Shown piece after piece: positions 1-10,622 of a DNA stretch of 64,000 nucleotides. Position numbers and translations under genes: made by a program. This DNA is from Gekko japonicus (taxonomy: Eukaryota), in the NCBI RefSeq assembly GCF_001447785.1, contig NW_015176494.1, positions 167,468-231,467 of the forward strand, written 5' to 3'. The first letter of the stretch is position 1, and each line of letters starts with the position of its first letter. The notes beneath the pieces were generated by a model. That model had not been told where the DNA came from and searched no databases. It was given only the letters and a program-made list of their open reading frames with translations.

Positions 1-2509
1 CACTGGGGGCCCTCCCTCCCTCCCTCCCGGTAGTGGCGGGTGGAGAGCGCCGAGGAGACTCGGGCTGGATGAGCCCTGCTCGCCAGAGGGGTGTCCCAGG
101 CTACGTCCAAGTGGTGGTGGTGGTGGTGGTGGAGGAGGAGCATTCTCAAGAGCGGGTGCCCCACCGCAGCCCATGCCGGGTTGGGGGGTTGGAGGCGCTT
201 TGAGATCCGGCCTTCCCTTGGGAGCTGCTGTGGCTCCGGATAGGTTGGGTGCTCCCTGCCGGGCCGCCTGGCCCTGCTCCAGGGGCAGCCGGCTGAACCC
301 GTTCTCTCGCAAGCACCCTCCTGCAATCCCTTTGCAATGGGCTGCCACTTGTTTGCATATCCTGGTTTGGAACAGGAATCCCTTCCTGCAAGCAAGCAGC
401 AGGAGCAAATGTACCCATGGATGCTTGGCAGAAGCTCACTGCCTCTGAATGGCGAATAAAGGCTGCTTCTCCAAGATCCTAGCTAGGGGTGGGGTGGGGT
501 GGGGGACAGACTGTGCTCTTGCACCCAGGCCTACAACTGGCGGCTGTGGCCAAAAGTGCTTTGTGGCCAGCATTGACTGGGTAGCCGGCTGCAGCCTTTC
601 CTGAGCAGCAAAGATCTGGCCACTGGTGCGTGCCCTTGTTACATCTTCAGTAGGTGCAGAGTGCTGTTTAGTGTGGGTTGTACGGACCATAGAACTCCAG
701 TCTTTGCTCAAGACTGGTTTTTCATAGTCATTTGTAGCTTAAAAGAGGGTTAAGCAACAAAAGGCCAAGGTTGCCCCTAGCAGCACTTTCAAGCAGCCTC
801 GAGTTCTGCGAGTTAATGACTTTTGTTTAAATAAGACCGAACTCTTTTAATTAGACAAGTGTTTAGCAGCTAAGTACAAATGCAAATTGATACAATCATT
901 ACTGAAAAAATGTAACGTCGTATTCTTTGAACAAGCCACCACAAAAATCTTGATTTAGCCATTATATGACAGTTTCATAGAGAAAGTAACAGTTAAAAAC
1001 AGAAGTAAGCATTCCTAACTTTAACATGTAATTGTCCACTAGATAATATGGTGAGTTCCCAAAAGATTTTCTAGCTAAACAGCAGGTGCATTACAGCATA
1101 CATCTTGACAGTGCCCATTAGTTTCCCAAGCAAGATTAAAAGTGCAATAAAGCTACTATTTCTACAGCTTTTAAAATTAACTGTCAAGGATAAAAGAAAT
1201 CCTGTGCTTTCGTCCTGACCAGCTGGTGAGTTCTACAGAGGTCATAAGAACTACCTAACAACATACATGAATAGCATGATTTAAGACTTATGTGACATCC
1301 CCCATCCAGCAGGTACTTGCCCACAACCCTGGTATAACTACAGGGTTATGCCAACTACAGGAGCAGCCAGCCCTTCCTCCCCGCCTGGGTACACACCACA
1401 CCCTATCCCAGCACCAAATGGACCCCAGTGATGCGGCATGGGAGTCTGACTCAAGGGGGCACAACTGGAGTGTGCGGTGACTGCCAGCCACTGTGCTCTA
1501 TGTGCCTCCAGGCCAAACACTCCTGGTACCTGCTGTCTTGCAGGACTGGAATTCTATGCAGCAGCGACAGGCATAGTTGAAGTGCTGCGCCACATGGGAT
1601 GAGGAAGTGTTGTTTGGATGGGTAGGGCATGTGCCTTGGGGGAGTAGCCTGTTAGCATATTGCCTTATCTTATTAATAAATGTGGGGAATTATTAAATGG
1701 CAATAGGCATTAATTATAGGACCATAACCCATGTATACCAGACTTTGACTTCACAGTCCCTAGAAGTGATCTCTCTACTAAAGGATTCTCACCCATACAA
1801 ATATAAAATCAAGCATACGCACAGATCTAGGATAGAAGAGCACAGAGACATGTGCATTAGCAGGAAGTATCATTGGTGGGGTGATGCTGTATCTGTCTGG
1901 TAAGGCAAGTTGACTGCAGCAAAAAAGGGATAAAATATGGGATTGTGAGTTGGTCAGCAACACACATGGGAAGTTCTAAACAGCACTACAAATGGAACCA
2001 GCAAGATAGGGTGGGCTTAAGAAAGGTAAAAGCAAGAGAGAGAGCAATGGCTGGATGCTCTTTTTATACCTAAAATGTGACCTGAGGCAGTTGCCTGTTG
2101 TCACATGGTCCCCAGGAAATACTAACTGACAACTTAAGTCCAGCATAAAGGCTCTGCTTTTGGGCTACAGCCTTGTCCGTGGCCCTGACACGCTCTTTTC
2201 ACCGCTCAGGTAGGCAGTCATGTTTAAGAGTCTGTAGTAATGCCATTTTAAGTGGCTGTTTGGCAACACTGTCAAGTGGAGCCCTCTCTGTGGTGATGGG
2301 GGAACCATAGGCCCTGCTGCCTGGATCTCAAGTGATTCAACAGGGAGACCAGGAAGGCTGACATTCCTAGTTCAGTATGGCCTAGCTGCCGTATGGCACT
2401 GTGTGTAATATAGTCAGGAGATCTGAAGATTGTCTGGCAGCCTTAAATTCTAGCTCCTTAGCATCATGCACCACTAGGTGGTGAGCTAGAATTATTTTTT
2501 TTTGGGGGG

Positions 2510-2620
2510 GGCTCAGCTCTGAAAGAGCTGTGACTGACCCAGGGTCACCCAGCTAGCTTCATGTGGAGGAGTGCGGAATCGAACCTGGTTCTCCAGATTA
2601 GAGTTCATCACTCTTAACCA
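2510..2620 (-). mobile_element. tRNA-derived squamate SINE fragment (Squam3-like)
   Basis: Similar to the fuller copies at 10771-11043 and 35316-35571. Confidence 0.65.
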
Positions 2621-2624
2621 TGCT

Positions 2625-2757
2625 GTGGAAGTGTGCATGCACACGGAAGCTTATTCCTTGAGTAAAACTTTGTTGGTCTTAAAGGTGCCCCCACTGGATT
2701 CAGACTTTGTTCTGCTGCTTCTGACCAACACGGCTGACCCCACCTGAATCTATCTCC
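2625..2757. mobile_element. Penelope-like terminal repeat fragment
   Basis: gaagtgtgcatgcacacggaagct...ttgttggtcttaaaggtgcc, shared with the cluster at 52290-52795. Confidence 0.45.
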
Positions 2758-3281
2758 ATGTGCATCCTGCCACCCTGCCAAGGGGCTGCCATCTCACCGG
2801 TTCCAGCATGGCCCAGGCAGCCGTCAGTCTGGCACACCCACCCCATTCAGAGGTGTGCTGTCACAGGGAGGGCTCACTCCATCTCCTCTGGCTTCTGGGA
2901 GCAGCTTGCGAAGGCGCAGGGCCTGTGCCGGACAGAGGGTGTGCAACCGCCTGCATCAAATCTCACTACTACTCCTTTGCTGCCGCCGCCCTTCAGTGTA
3001 GTTTGCAGCTGATGTCCCTGTCTGTTTTGTCATTTGTCAGATTTCTATCTGGCCCTCCCAGCCAAGGCCGGCTTGGTGTTGGGTGGACGAAGCTTACTCT
3101 GCACCCTCTCCCAAGCCCCACCTCCTGTGCCAGTTACTCCTACCTGCCTTCTGTAACTCCCCTATAGGGTGGACAGTGATGCCAGGGCTGAAGTGGCCAG
3201 TCGGCTAATGGTCAGTGATGTTCCTCCTCTGCATTGCTCACTTGCTTCACTGGCTGGGGGGGTAGCCTTGGGGGTGGGGGG

Positions 3282-3487
3282 CAGTGTTCCCTCTAAGCTG
3301 AGTTAGTGTGAGCTAGCTCACAGTTTTTTAGCCTCCAGCTCACACATTTTTGTCTTAGCTCAGGAAAGATGGCTCCAAAGCAAACTAATGCATGCAGTAG
3401 ACAAGTGGCTTGCTCACAACTTTAATGCCAGCAGCTCACAAAATAGAATCTTTGCTCACAAGACTCCACAGCTTAGAGGGAACATTG
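3282..3487 (+). mobile_element. hAT-type MITE family A
   Basis: TIRs CAGTGTTCCCTCTAAGCTG / CAGCTTAGAGGGAACATTG; perfect 8-bp TSD GTGGGGGG. Confidence 0.9.
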
Positions 3488-5024
3488 GTGGGGGGACCGT
3501 GGGGGTGAGCCCAGCCTCAGTGTCATGTTTTGCTGCCTGTTGGATCATTCCCAGGAGGACAGGCACGCTTTGTCTTGTGTCCACCATCCTTGGCGCCCCG
3601 TGGCAGGAAGCCACGGATTCCATCTGCCACTTAGGCACCCTTCCCCGGTGGGCTACAGGGGACGCAAACAGACTTTGCTAGGGCTGCTCTCTTGGTGCAC
3701 CAATATCTGCAGTCCCCCCCACCCCCGGCGGCAGATGGCAAATCAGTGACAGGCTGGTTCTCACGCACCCGTCTGTGGGGTGCACCAGAGTGTGCTGATT
3801 CCAGGGCTCCTCCTGCTCATGCCACAGTCCTCTTTGGGAGCCGTGCTGTCCCTGGGCCTCTCTTCCCCGGGGTGGTGGCAGCCACATTGGTGGGCTGTGC
3901 CCATGTGTGCCACACAATGATGTCGCGCACACACACCCGTGATTGTTGCTGGGGTTGCTGGAGGCTCCTCTGCACTCGCTAGTCAACGTGGGCCTTGCAG
4001 GGCGGGGGCATGTATTGTCCCCATCACCCCCCCCCCTGCAGAATGCCCAGCGGGAACCAATCAGAAGCACCCCTTTTAGGCTGGCCCTGCGGTGGCCCTC
4101 AGGCCTGGGCAGTGAACTGGAAGTGTCAGCAGCAGCATCCCTGGGCCTGAGACTGTGGAAGACAACTTAGTGGGAGGCTCTCCCCGGCCATTCAGGGTGA
4201 GCCAGTCAGATGTTCTGCATCCTGCCAGTGGCAGCTGAAGGCTGACAGAAAAACCCGCCCTCCTTCTGCAGCCTTGGAGGAGACAGGTGCCACAGTCTAA
4301 CCTGGCGGGATGGCTGTGCTTGAGTGGAAGTGGACATTCAGGCTCCCTTTTTCCACTGGAAGAGCCAGCCTTTTCAGCTGGTGTGCCAGACAGTACTGTC
4401 CAGTCTAGTACATGGGAAGTTCCTTGTGAGGTGTGGTTTTGCTCGTAGTTCACTGTTCCAGGGAGCCGGCATAGTGGTGGAGAGGCAGGCAGGAGACCAG
4501 CTCCCCTGCTTTTGCTCAGGAGGGTCATGGGTGAATCCGTGCCTTGGGTTAGTCCCTTCTTCTCTGACAGCCCCGCAGCCGCAGGGCTGTGGGTGTGGCT
4601 TTGCTGGTTGCTTGTGTTCCCAGCAACAGCCGTGCAATTATGCCTTCCCCTTTTCCTGGCAGTGGGGCAGACGTGCCTGTCCTTTGCTGAGAAGTCATAT
4701 CCTACAGGGCCGACTGCGCCTCTGCATTCAGACGGAGGGAACAGACCCTACGCGTTGGAGCTGGTGCCACAGAACAGGTGAGGGTGTTGGGTGCCGGCAG
4801 CGGGCCCAGGCCCAAGCCTCTCGGGGAAGCTTTTGCACTTGTGTCATCATATCACCAAAGAAATTGCCTTGCTGGATAGAGAAACAGGAGTTTAACCCTA
4901 ACCTTGTGTTTTATGTAAAAAGAAAGGTAAAGGAAAAGAAACAAACAGCAGAATTCCTGCACTTTATGGCCTCTTGAGTCTGCTGCTTCTTTTCATACTT
5001 CCTACATAGATACTACATACTTCC

Positions 5025-5142
5025 TAACAGCGTTCCGTGCAACTTGGTGTTTAGTCATGTGGGCCACATGACCACGGAAATGTCTTCGGACAGCGCTGGC
5101 TCTTCGGCTTTGAAACGGAGATGGGCACCGTAACCCTAGAGG
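5025..5142 (+). mobile_element. Sauria SINE fragment
   Basis: Matches the body of the full copy at 50795-51150. Confidence 0.8.
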
Positions 5143-6496
5143 GGTTACATAAATACGTTGTCTGCAGAGTGAGTTTCCACTGATTGTATCTGAAGAAGCA
5201 TGCCCTAGCCCACAAAGGCTTCTGCTGGAATAAAATGTTGCTGGCGCCACAACATTCCTCTTTATTTTCGCTGCAACAGACTAGCATTGCTGCCCCTCTG
5301 GAATTATTGTCTTAAAAGGATGAGATCCAAAGGACCATATAGCTCAACACTCTGGTTCCAGTACTGGGCAGGCGGAGGGCCCTGGGAGGCCCACAAGTGA
5401 GGCAAGAAGGATGCTCAGCATCTGGTACTCCAAGTGCCACTCTGCATGGAGTGTTCCAGGAGCCGGCTCCAAAGGCCAAACTCTTCCAGTCTGGAAAATG
5501 TTGACATCTATAAGACTGGTCTCTAGCTGTGCACTCCTGAGGAGGTCTACCCAAAATCCTACTCAAGTCTGCTCAGTTGGGCTGACTTCTAGGACAAAGT
5601 TCTTAGAATCGCATTGTAAGACATGCCTATCCCTGCCGGGGTAGATTTAGAGAGCCGAGCCTGTCCGATTTAGAGCTGAAGAAAGGCCCTGGGAGTGTGA
5701 TCATTGCAATGTGAATTAGATTTTAAAGGTTGGCCTAGGTTGGACTGCAGTGAGTTTTTAACATGCCTCTGAACACTGCGACAGCCGGTCTGGCAGCCTG
5801 GCTTTATTATGAGGCCCTCCGGTGGTCAAAGCTGAAACAGCAGGTGCTATCCAGGAGACAGAAGCATCCCACCTTGCAAAGCGGACTCCGGCTCTGCAGT
5901 GTCTTTTGCCTCTCTGGCCTTGCTTGGTCTTGAGGCTGTCACGAGGCCTAGGACAAACCTGCCATTTCCAGAGGCTGCTCTTCAGAGTGCTGCCATTCTC
6001 ATTACTTCAGTGAGCCTGGCATGTTTATAGCTGGCCAAGCAGGACTTGGCAGTGGGCAGAGATATGTAGGCTGCTATCAGAGGCAGGTTGAGATATTCAA
6101 ACACTGCTGGAGCAAGCAGAGCTAAGCAGCCCTTGCAGGGCTGGCAGCACCACAGGGGCCACTCCGCTCAGGCCCAGGTTGTAAAGCAGAGAAATCTTCA
6201 GTGCAGTGGGACCCAGGCCAAGCAGACCCTACAGAGCACCCAACTCAGCCTGGCTGCTCTTGGCAGTGATGTGGTATGTTGTCTAGGTAAGGGACAAGAA
6301 CACAGTAACATAAAAGAGCCTGGTAGGATGACAACCACCAGTCCATTTAGTCTGTCGTCATGCTTCTCACAGTGGTCATCTGGATGCTGCTGGGATGCCC
6401 GCAAGCATGGCACAATGGCCGTCCTCCCCTACTAATTCCTCCCATATACATATACCATTCTAAATCTAAACAGAGAACTAAGTGACTAACAATTGA

Positions 6497-6670
6497 TGTT
6501 GTTGTTCAGTCGCATAGTCGAGTCCGACTCTTCGCAACCCCATGGCCTTCCTTATGGTCCATCTCTCGCAGCCATACAGTACTACTGGGAATACCGTTGC
6601 TTTGACCATACAGACTTTTGTTGGCAGGGTGATGTCTCTACTTTTTATTATGCTGTCTAGGTTTGCAATG
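6497..6670 (-). mobile_element. BovB (RTE) LINE 3' fragment with internal deletion
   Basis: NLDSIIKSRDITLPTKV...VFPVVLYGCERWTIRKA joined directly to the (CAA)n-type 3' end. Confidence 0.85.
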
Positions 6671-6845
6671 ATCTTGGATCCCTTTCCAGTCACCTGCATG
6701 GAGTGTGCCATGTTTGTTTTCCTCCCAGAAGACAAGACCCAGCTGAGCACTGAGGAGACCCAGCTGAGCAGGAGCAGGAGACAGAGCCGCTAGAGGGGTG
6801 AGTGGTTTTTTACTTGCTTCAGCTGAGTATTCAGTAATTAAGAAA

Positions 6846-6951
6846 AAGCACCTTGCCAGAGGCATGAGCCTCTGGCACGAGCCGACGGGCGAGCTAAAGG
6901 GCTCTCTGCCTGTGGCTCTTAGCCTAGGGACTCTTAGACTAGGGGCTCTGT
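6846..6951 (+). repeat. inverted copy of CR1 5'UTR segment (left arm; right arm 8966-9071)
   Basis: 106-bp arm is the reverse complement of 8966-9071, with 6 mismatches counted by eye. Confidence 0.9.
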
Positions 6952-7817
6952 TACAATATATCTACTTTTGCTTTCAGTTTCCTCCCCACATGTCCCCTCA
7001 TATCAGAGAAATTACCCCTTTTAAAGTTAAAAGTGGTTGTGTGAGTCTTTTTGGCCAATTCCCTATTTATACAAATGTTGAAGTCAACAACATTATGGTC
7101 ACTGTTCCCAAGCAGTGCAATCACTTTTACATCTCTCACTAGGTCTTGAGTGTTACTTAGGACCAAATCAAGGATCGCCTCTCCCCTGGTAGGTTCTGTG
7201 ACCATCTGCTCCATAGCACAGTCATTTAGAGTGTCTAGAAACTCAATCTCTTTTTCTCGACTAGAACACATATTGACCCAATCAATGTGTGGGTAGTTAA
7301 AATCAGCTATTATTACACAGTGTTTTTGTCTAGTTGCTATCTTTAAGGCATTCATCATTTTATAATCCTCCTCTATCTTTTGATCCGGTGGGCGATAACA
7401 AACTCCCAGTGTTAAGTTTCCTTTTGCCCCCCCTATTTCAACCCATAGAACTTCCAGAAGCGAATCCAATTCACTTAGCCTCTCAATCTTTCTAGACTTT
7501 ATACCCTCTCTGACATACAGAGCTACCCCACCTCCAACCCTTCCCCCCCTATCCTTCCGATATAATATATAACCGGGAATCACTGTGTCCCACTGATTTT
7601 CCTCATCCCACCAAGTTTCAGAAATACCCACAATGTCTATTTTTCCCTCCCTCACCAAGCACTCCAACTCCCCGATTTTACCTCGGACACTTCTAGCATT
7701 TGTATAGAAACAGCTGTAATTTCCCTTACAAGTTAAGCCTGCATCCTTCCTCTTGCTATCTCGAGTCGTTGTCCGGCAGTCCATGTCACCAGCCATGGCC
7801 TCTGTGGACAATTTCAA
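6951..7817 (-). CDS. CR1 ORF2 N-terminal APE endonuclease (truncated before RT)
   Basis: YTNARS, GISETWW, GGGVALY, YRPP, DFNYP, LDLVL and SDHN motifs; the stop codon is created at the junction with the inverted repeat. Confidence 0.8.
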   Translation of the reverse strand: MKLSTEAMAGDMDCRTTTRDSKRKDAGLTCKGNYSCFYTNARSVRGKIGELECLVREGKIDIVGISETWWDEENQWDTVIPGYILYRKDRGGRVGGGVALYVREGIKSRKIERLSELDSLLEVLWVEIGGAKGNLTLGVCYRPPDQKIEEDYKMMNALKIATRQKHCVIIADFNYPHIDWVNMCSSREKEIEFLDTLNDCAMEQMVTEPTRGEAILDLVLSNTQDLVRDVKVIALLGNSDHNVVDFNICINRELAKKTHTTTFNFKRGNFSDMRGHVGRKLKAKVDIL

Positions 7818-7918
7818 TCCACCTCCCTGTAGAAAAGCAACCGGTACCCCCTCACCTCTCTCAGATGAGCCAACCCGAACCAGAGACTTTTCATCTCCTG
7901 TCGGCTTTCCCCCAATAT

Positions 7919-8827
7919 TCAGTTTAAAAGCTGCTCTGCCACCTTTTTGATTTTAAGTGCCAGCAGCCTGGTTCCTTCTCGGGACAAGTGGAGACCGTCT
8001 CGCCTGTACAGCTCCCTCTTGTTCCAAAAAGTATCCCAGTGCCTAACAAACCTGAACCCTTCCCCCCTACACCATCGTCTCATCCACGCATTGAGACTCC
8101 TGATCTCTGCCTGTCTCTCCGGCCCTGCGCGTGGAACAGGTAACACTTCTGAGAAGGCTACCTTGGAGGTCCTGGACCTAAGTTTCCTGCCCAGCAGCCT
8201 AAATTTCTCCTCCAGGACCTCACGACTGCATTTCCCCACATCGTTGGTGCCGACATGCACCACGACCACTGGCTCCTCCCCAGCACTATCTACCAGCCTA
8301 TCTAAAACACGCGTAATGTCCGCTACCTTCGCACCAGGCAGGCAAGTCACCATACGGTCAGTACGCGGGTTCGCCACCCAGCTGTCTACCTGCCTAAGGA
8401 TCGAATCACCCACTACCAAGAGCCCCCCTCCCACCCTGCTCAGGGATGGTTCCTTGGTGCAAAAGGAGAGCCGCTCACCAGCTGGGGAAGAGGTCCCTTC
8501 TGAGGGCACATTCCCCTTATCCTCAGCATGGTGCCCTGTTTCCCCTAGACCCTCATGCTCCCTGACAGCAGCGGGGCTGCCAGATCCAGAGTGGGACGAA
8601 GCTAACAAGTCCCCGAGAGTCTTTTCTGTGTGCCTAGCTGACTGTCTCTGCTTCTCCAGGTCAGCCACCTTGGCCTCAAGGGAGCACACACGTTCCCTGA
8701 GAACCAGGAGCTCCTTGCACCGAGGACACACCCAAGACTTCTGCCCAGTGGGCAGATAGTCATACATGTGACACTCCGTGCAAAACACTGGATAGCCCCC
8801 AACCCCCTGCTGGCATTCTGGCTTCAT
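7919..8827 (-). CDS. CR1 ORF1 protein, 302 aa: zinc finger/leucine zipper + SGNH esterase
   Basis: CTEC...CPRC Cys pairs, a coiled coil, then SGNH blocks GDSIL, PGAK, GTND and DGLH all intact. Confidence 0.88.
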   Translation of the reverse strand: MKPECQQGVGGYPVFCTECHMYDYLPTGQKSWVCPRCKELLVLRERVCSLEAKVADLEKQRQSARHTEKTLGDLLASSHSGSGSPAAVREHEGLGETGHHAEDKGNVPSEGTSSPAGERLSFCTKEPSLSRVGGGLLVVGDSILRQVDSWVANPRTDRMVTCLPGAKVADITRVLDRLVDSAGEEPVVVVHVGTNDVGKCSREVLEEKFRLLGRKLRSRTSKVAFSEVLPVPRAGPERQAEIRSLNAWMRRWCRGEGFRFVRHWDTFWNKRELYRRDGLHLSREGTRLLALKIKKVAEQLLN

Positions 8828-9142
8828 AATTCTTTTAAAATAAATAAATATAATCCCCCTTTTAAACCCTTGGTATTTATGTGGGTTTTGTTATCAAGTC
8901 AAATTATTTTACGGGAAAGACAAAGAGCCTAGGGCCTTGTCTTTCTGGCTCTTTTTGGGCTTCTTACAGCGCCCCTAGTCTAAGAGTCCCTAGGCTAAGA
9001 GCCACAGGCAAAGAGCCCTTTAGCTCACCCTTCGGCTCGTGCCAGAGGCTCGTGCCTCTGCCAAGGTGCTTCCTTAAATAGAGGCCTCCCCCAGCAGAGG
9101 TCAGGCAGCAGCTATTCAAATTCAAATTCACCCAGGCACTCA

Positions 9143-9835
9143 ATCACGGTCTACTTCAGCCTCTTCTGCATCAGTGGTTGGGGCATACACTTGAATTACT
9201 GTGATGTTGAATGGTTTGCCTTGGAATCGGACAGAAATCATTCTGTCATTTTTGAGATTGTATCCCAGTACTGCCTTTTGCACTCTCTTGTTGACTATAA
9301 AGGCCACACCATTTTTTCTACGAGATTCCTGGCCACAGTAGTAGATATAATGGTCTTCTGAGTTAAATTCGCCCATTCCTGTCCACTTTAGTTCACTGAT
9401 TCCTAGGATATCAATGTTCAGTCTTGCCATCTCATTTTTGACCACGTCAAGCTTACCTTGATTCATAGATCTTACATTCCAGGTTCCTATGCAGTATTGT
9501 TCTTTGCAGCATCGGACTTTCCTTTCACCATCAGACACATCCACAACTGAGGGTCCTTTCGGCTTTGGCCCAGCCGCTTCACTCTTTCTGGGGTTACTTG
9601 TACTTGCCCTCTGCTCTTCCTCAGTAGCATATTGGACACCTTCCGACCTGAGGGGCTCATCTTCCGGCGTCATATCTTTTAGCCTTTTGATACTGTCCAT
9701 GGGGTTTTCTTGGCAAAAATACTGGAGTGGGTTGCCATTTCCTTCTCCAGGTGGATCACGCTTGGTCTGAGTTCTCTGCTGTGACCTGTCCGTCTTGGGT
9801 GGCCCTTCACGGCATAGCCCACAGCTTCATTGAAC
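9143..9835 (-). mobile_element. BovB (RTE) LINE 5' fragment (5'UTR + endonuclease N-terminus)
   Basis: IGTWNVRSMNQGKLDVVKNEMARLNIDILGISELKWTGMGEF...QVYAPTTDAEEAEV; 5'UTR contains ggagaaggaaatggcaacccactccagtatt. Confidence 0.92.
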
Positions 9836-10356
9836 ATAGGCTTTTAGATTCCTACCTAGCGCCACATTTTTTGTATGGGGGAGGGATTGCCTACCAGCAC
9901 CCAGGCGGTGCATTCTGTTGGTGTATTCGAGCGGGCTTCAGATGCTACTCCCGGCGCCCTAGGACGTGTCGACGACTTCTTCTGATGGGCTCCCCCGGCG
10001 TGCGTGAACTGCAGCTCCGGCTCTCGTCCCTTCAGGCTCTGCCGCGCTGCGTTGTCGCATTGTTGCGCCGCCACAGCTCCGCCTCCATCTGGCCTCCACC
10101 GCCACCCAATGTCACTGGGTCGCCTACTGTACTGCCGCCGCCACTCCTGCCGCACACCATCACAGGAGGAGGGTGCCCCCTGCCACCTAGGGGCAGGTAC
10201 CCATTTTATCTACTTGCGATTACGCTTTCGAACCGCTGGGTGGGCGGGAGCTGGGACTAGGACTGGGAGCTCACCCCGGCCGCAGTGGGTCTCGAACAGC
10301 CACAATGGCTGTTCATTGATGTTACTGCAGGCGTCTTTACCGCCTGCGCCACCACT
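9836..10356 (-). mobile_element. element with tRNA-like/Sauria-SINE-like head followed by GC-rich body (possible RTE 5'UTR)
   Basis: Minus strand has A-box-like GGTGGCGCAGGCGG and B-box-like GTTCGAGACCC, then gagctccc...ccagctcc...gttcgaaagc...gcaagtagataaa similar to Sauria SINE, then diverges. Confidence 0.55.
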
Positions 10357-10359
10357 CCC

Positions 10360-10548
10360 TTTTCCCCAGGTATTGATGTCAAGTTGACAGGCCTGTAATT
10401 TCCTGGGTCTGTCTTTTTTCCCTTCTTGAAGATTGGGACAACATTTGCTCTTTTCCAGACTTCCGGCACAACACCAGTACTCCAGGACATCTCAAAGATT
10501 AGAGCCAGAGGCTCTGAAATAACACCTGCAATTTCTTTTAGCATCCTG
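10360..10548 (-). mobile_element. CR1 RT N-terminal fragment (inverted 5' part of the + strand CR1)
   Basis: LKEIAGVISEPLALIFEMSWSTGVVPEVWKRANVVPIFKKGKKTDPGNYRPVNLTSIPG. Confidence 0.88.
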
Positions 10549-10561
10549 GAGTACCCTGGAA

Positions 10562-10622
10562 TCAGATTGGAGGGAGGTGTCCAGTGGGGTGCCGCAGGGC
10601 TCGGTTTTGGGCCCGGTACTTT
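10562..10622 (+). mobile_element. CR1 RT fragment, continued at 13121 after L2 insertion
   Basis: SDWREVSSGVPQGSVLGPVLF. Confidence 0.85.

Larger units (their letters stand above)
6951..9139 (-). mobile_element. CR1 LINE, 5'-intact and 3'-truncated (5'UTR + ORF1 + APE endonuclease part of ORF2)
   Basis: ORF1 7919-8827 and ORF2 5' part 6951-7817 are both uninterrupted; no RT domain or 3' tail. Confidence 0.92.

Noticed and set aside
1-330. GC-rich minus-strand open frames with poly-Pro/His from (CCA)n
   Set aside because: Open in two frames simply because of high GC and a triplet repeat; no recognisable homology.
5312-5510. Possible minus-strand exon with an RVxP-like motif (ARL13A neighbour?)
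   Set aside because: No GTPase exons or other ARL13 similarity found; the motif is too short to be evidence.
7947-8759. 270-aa + strand ORF
   Set aside because: Antisense shadow of CR1 ORF1.
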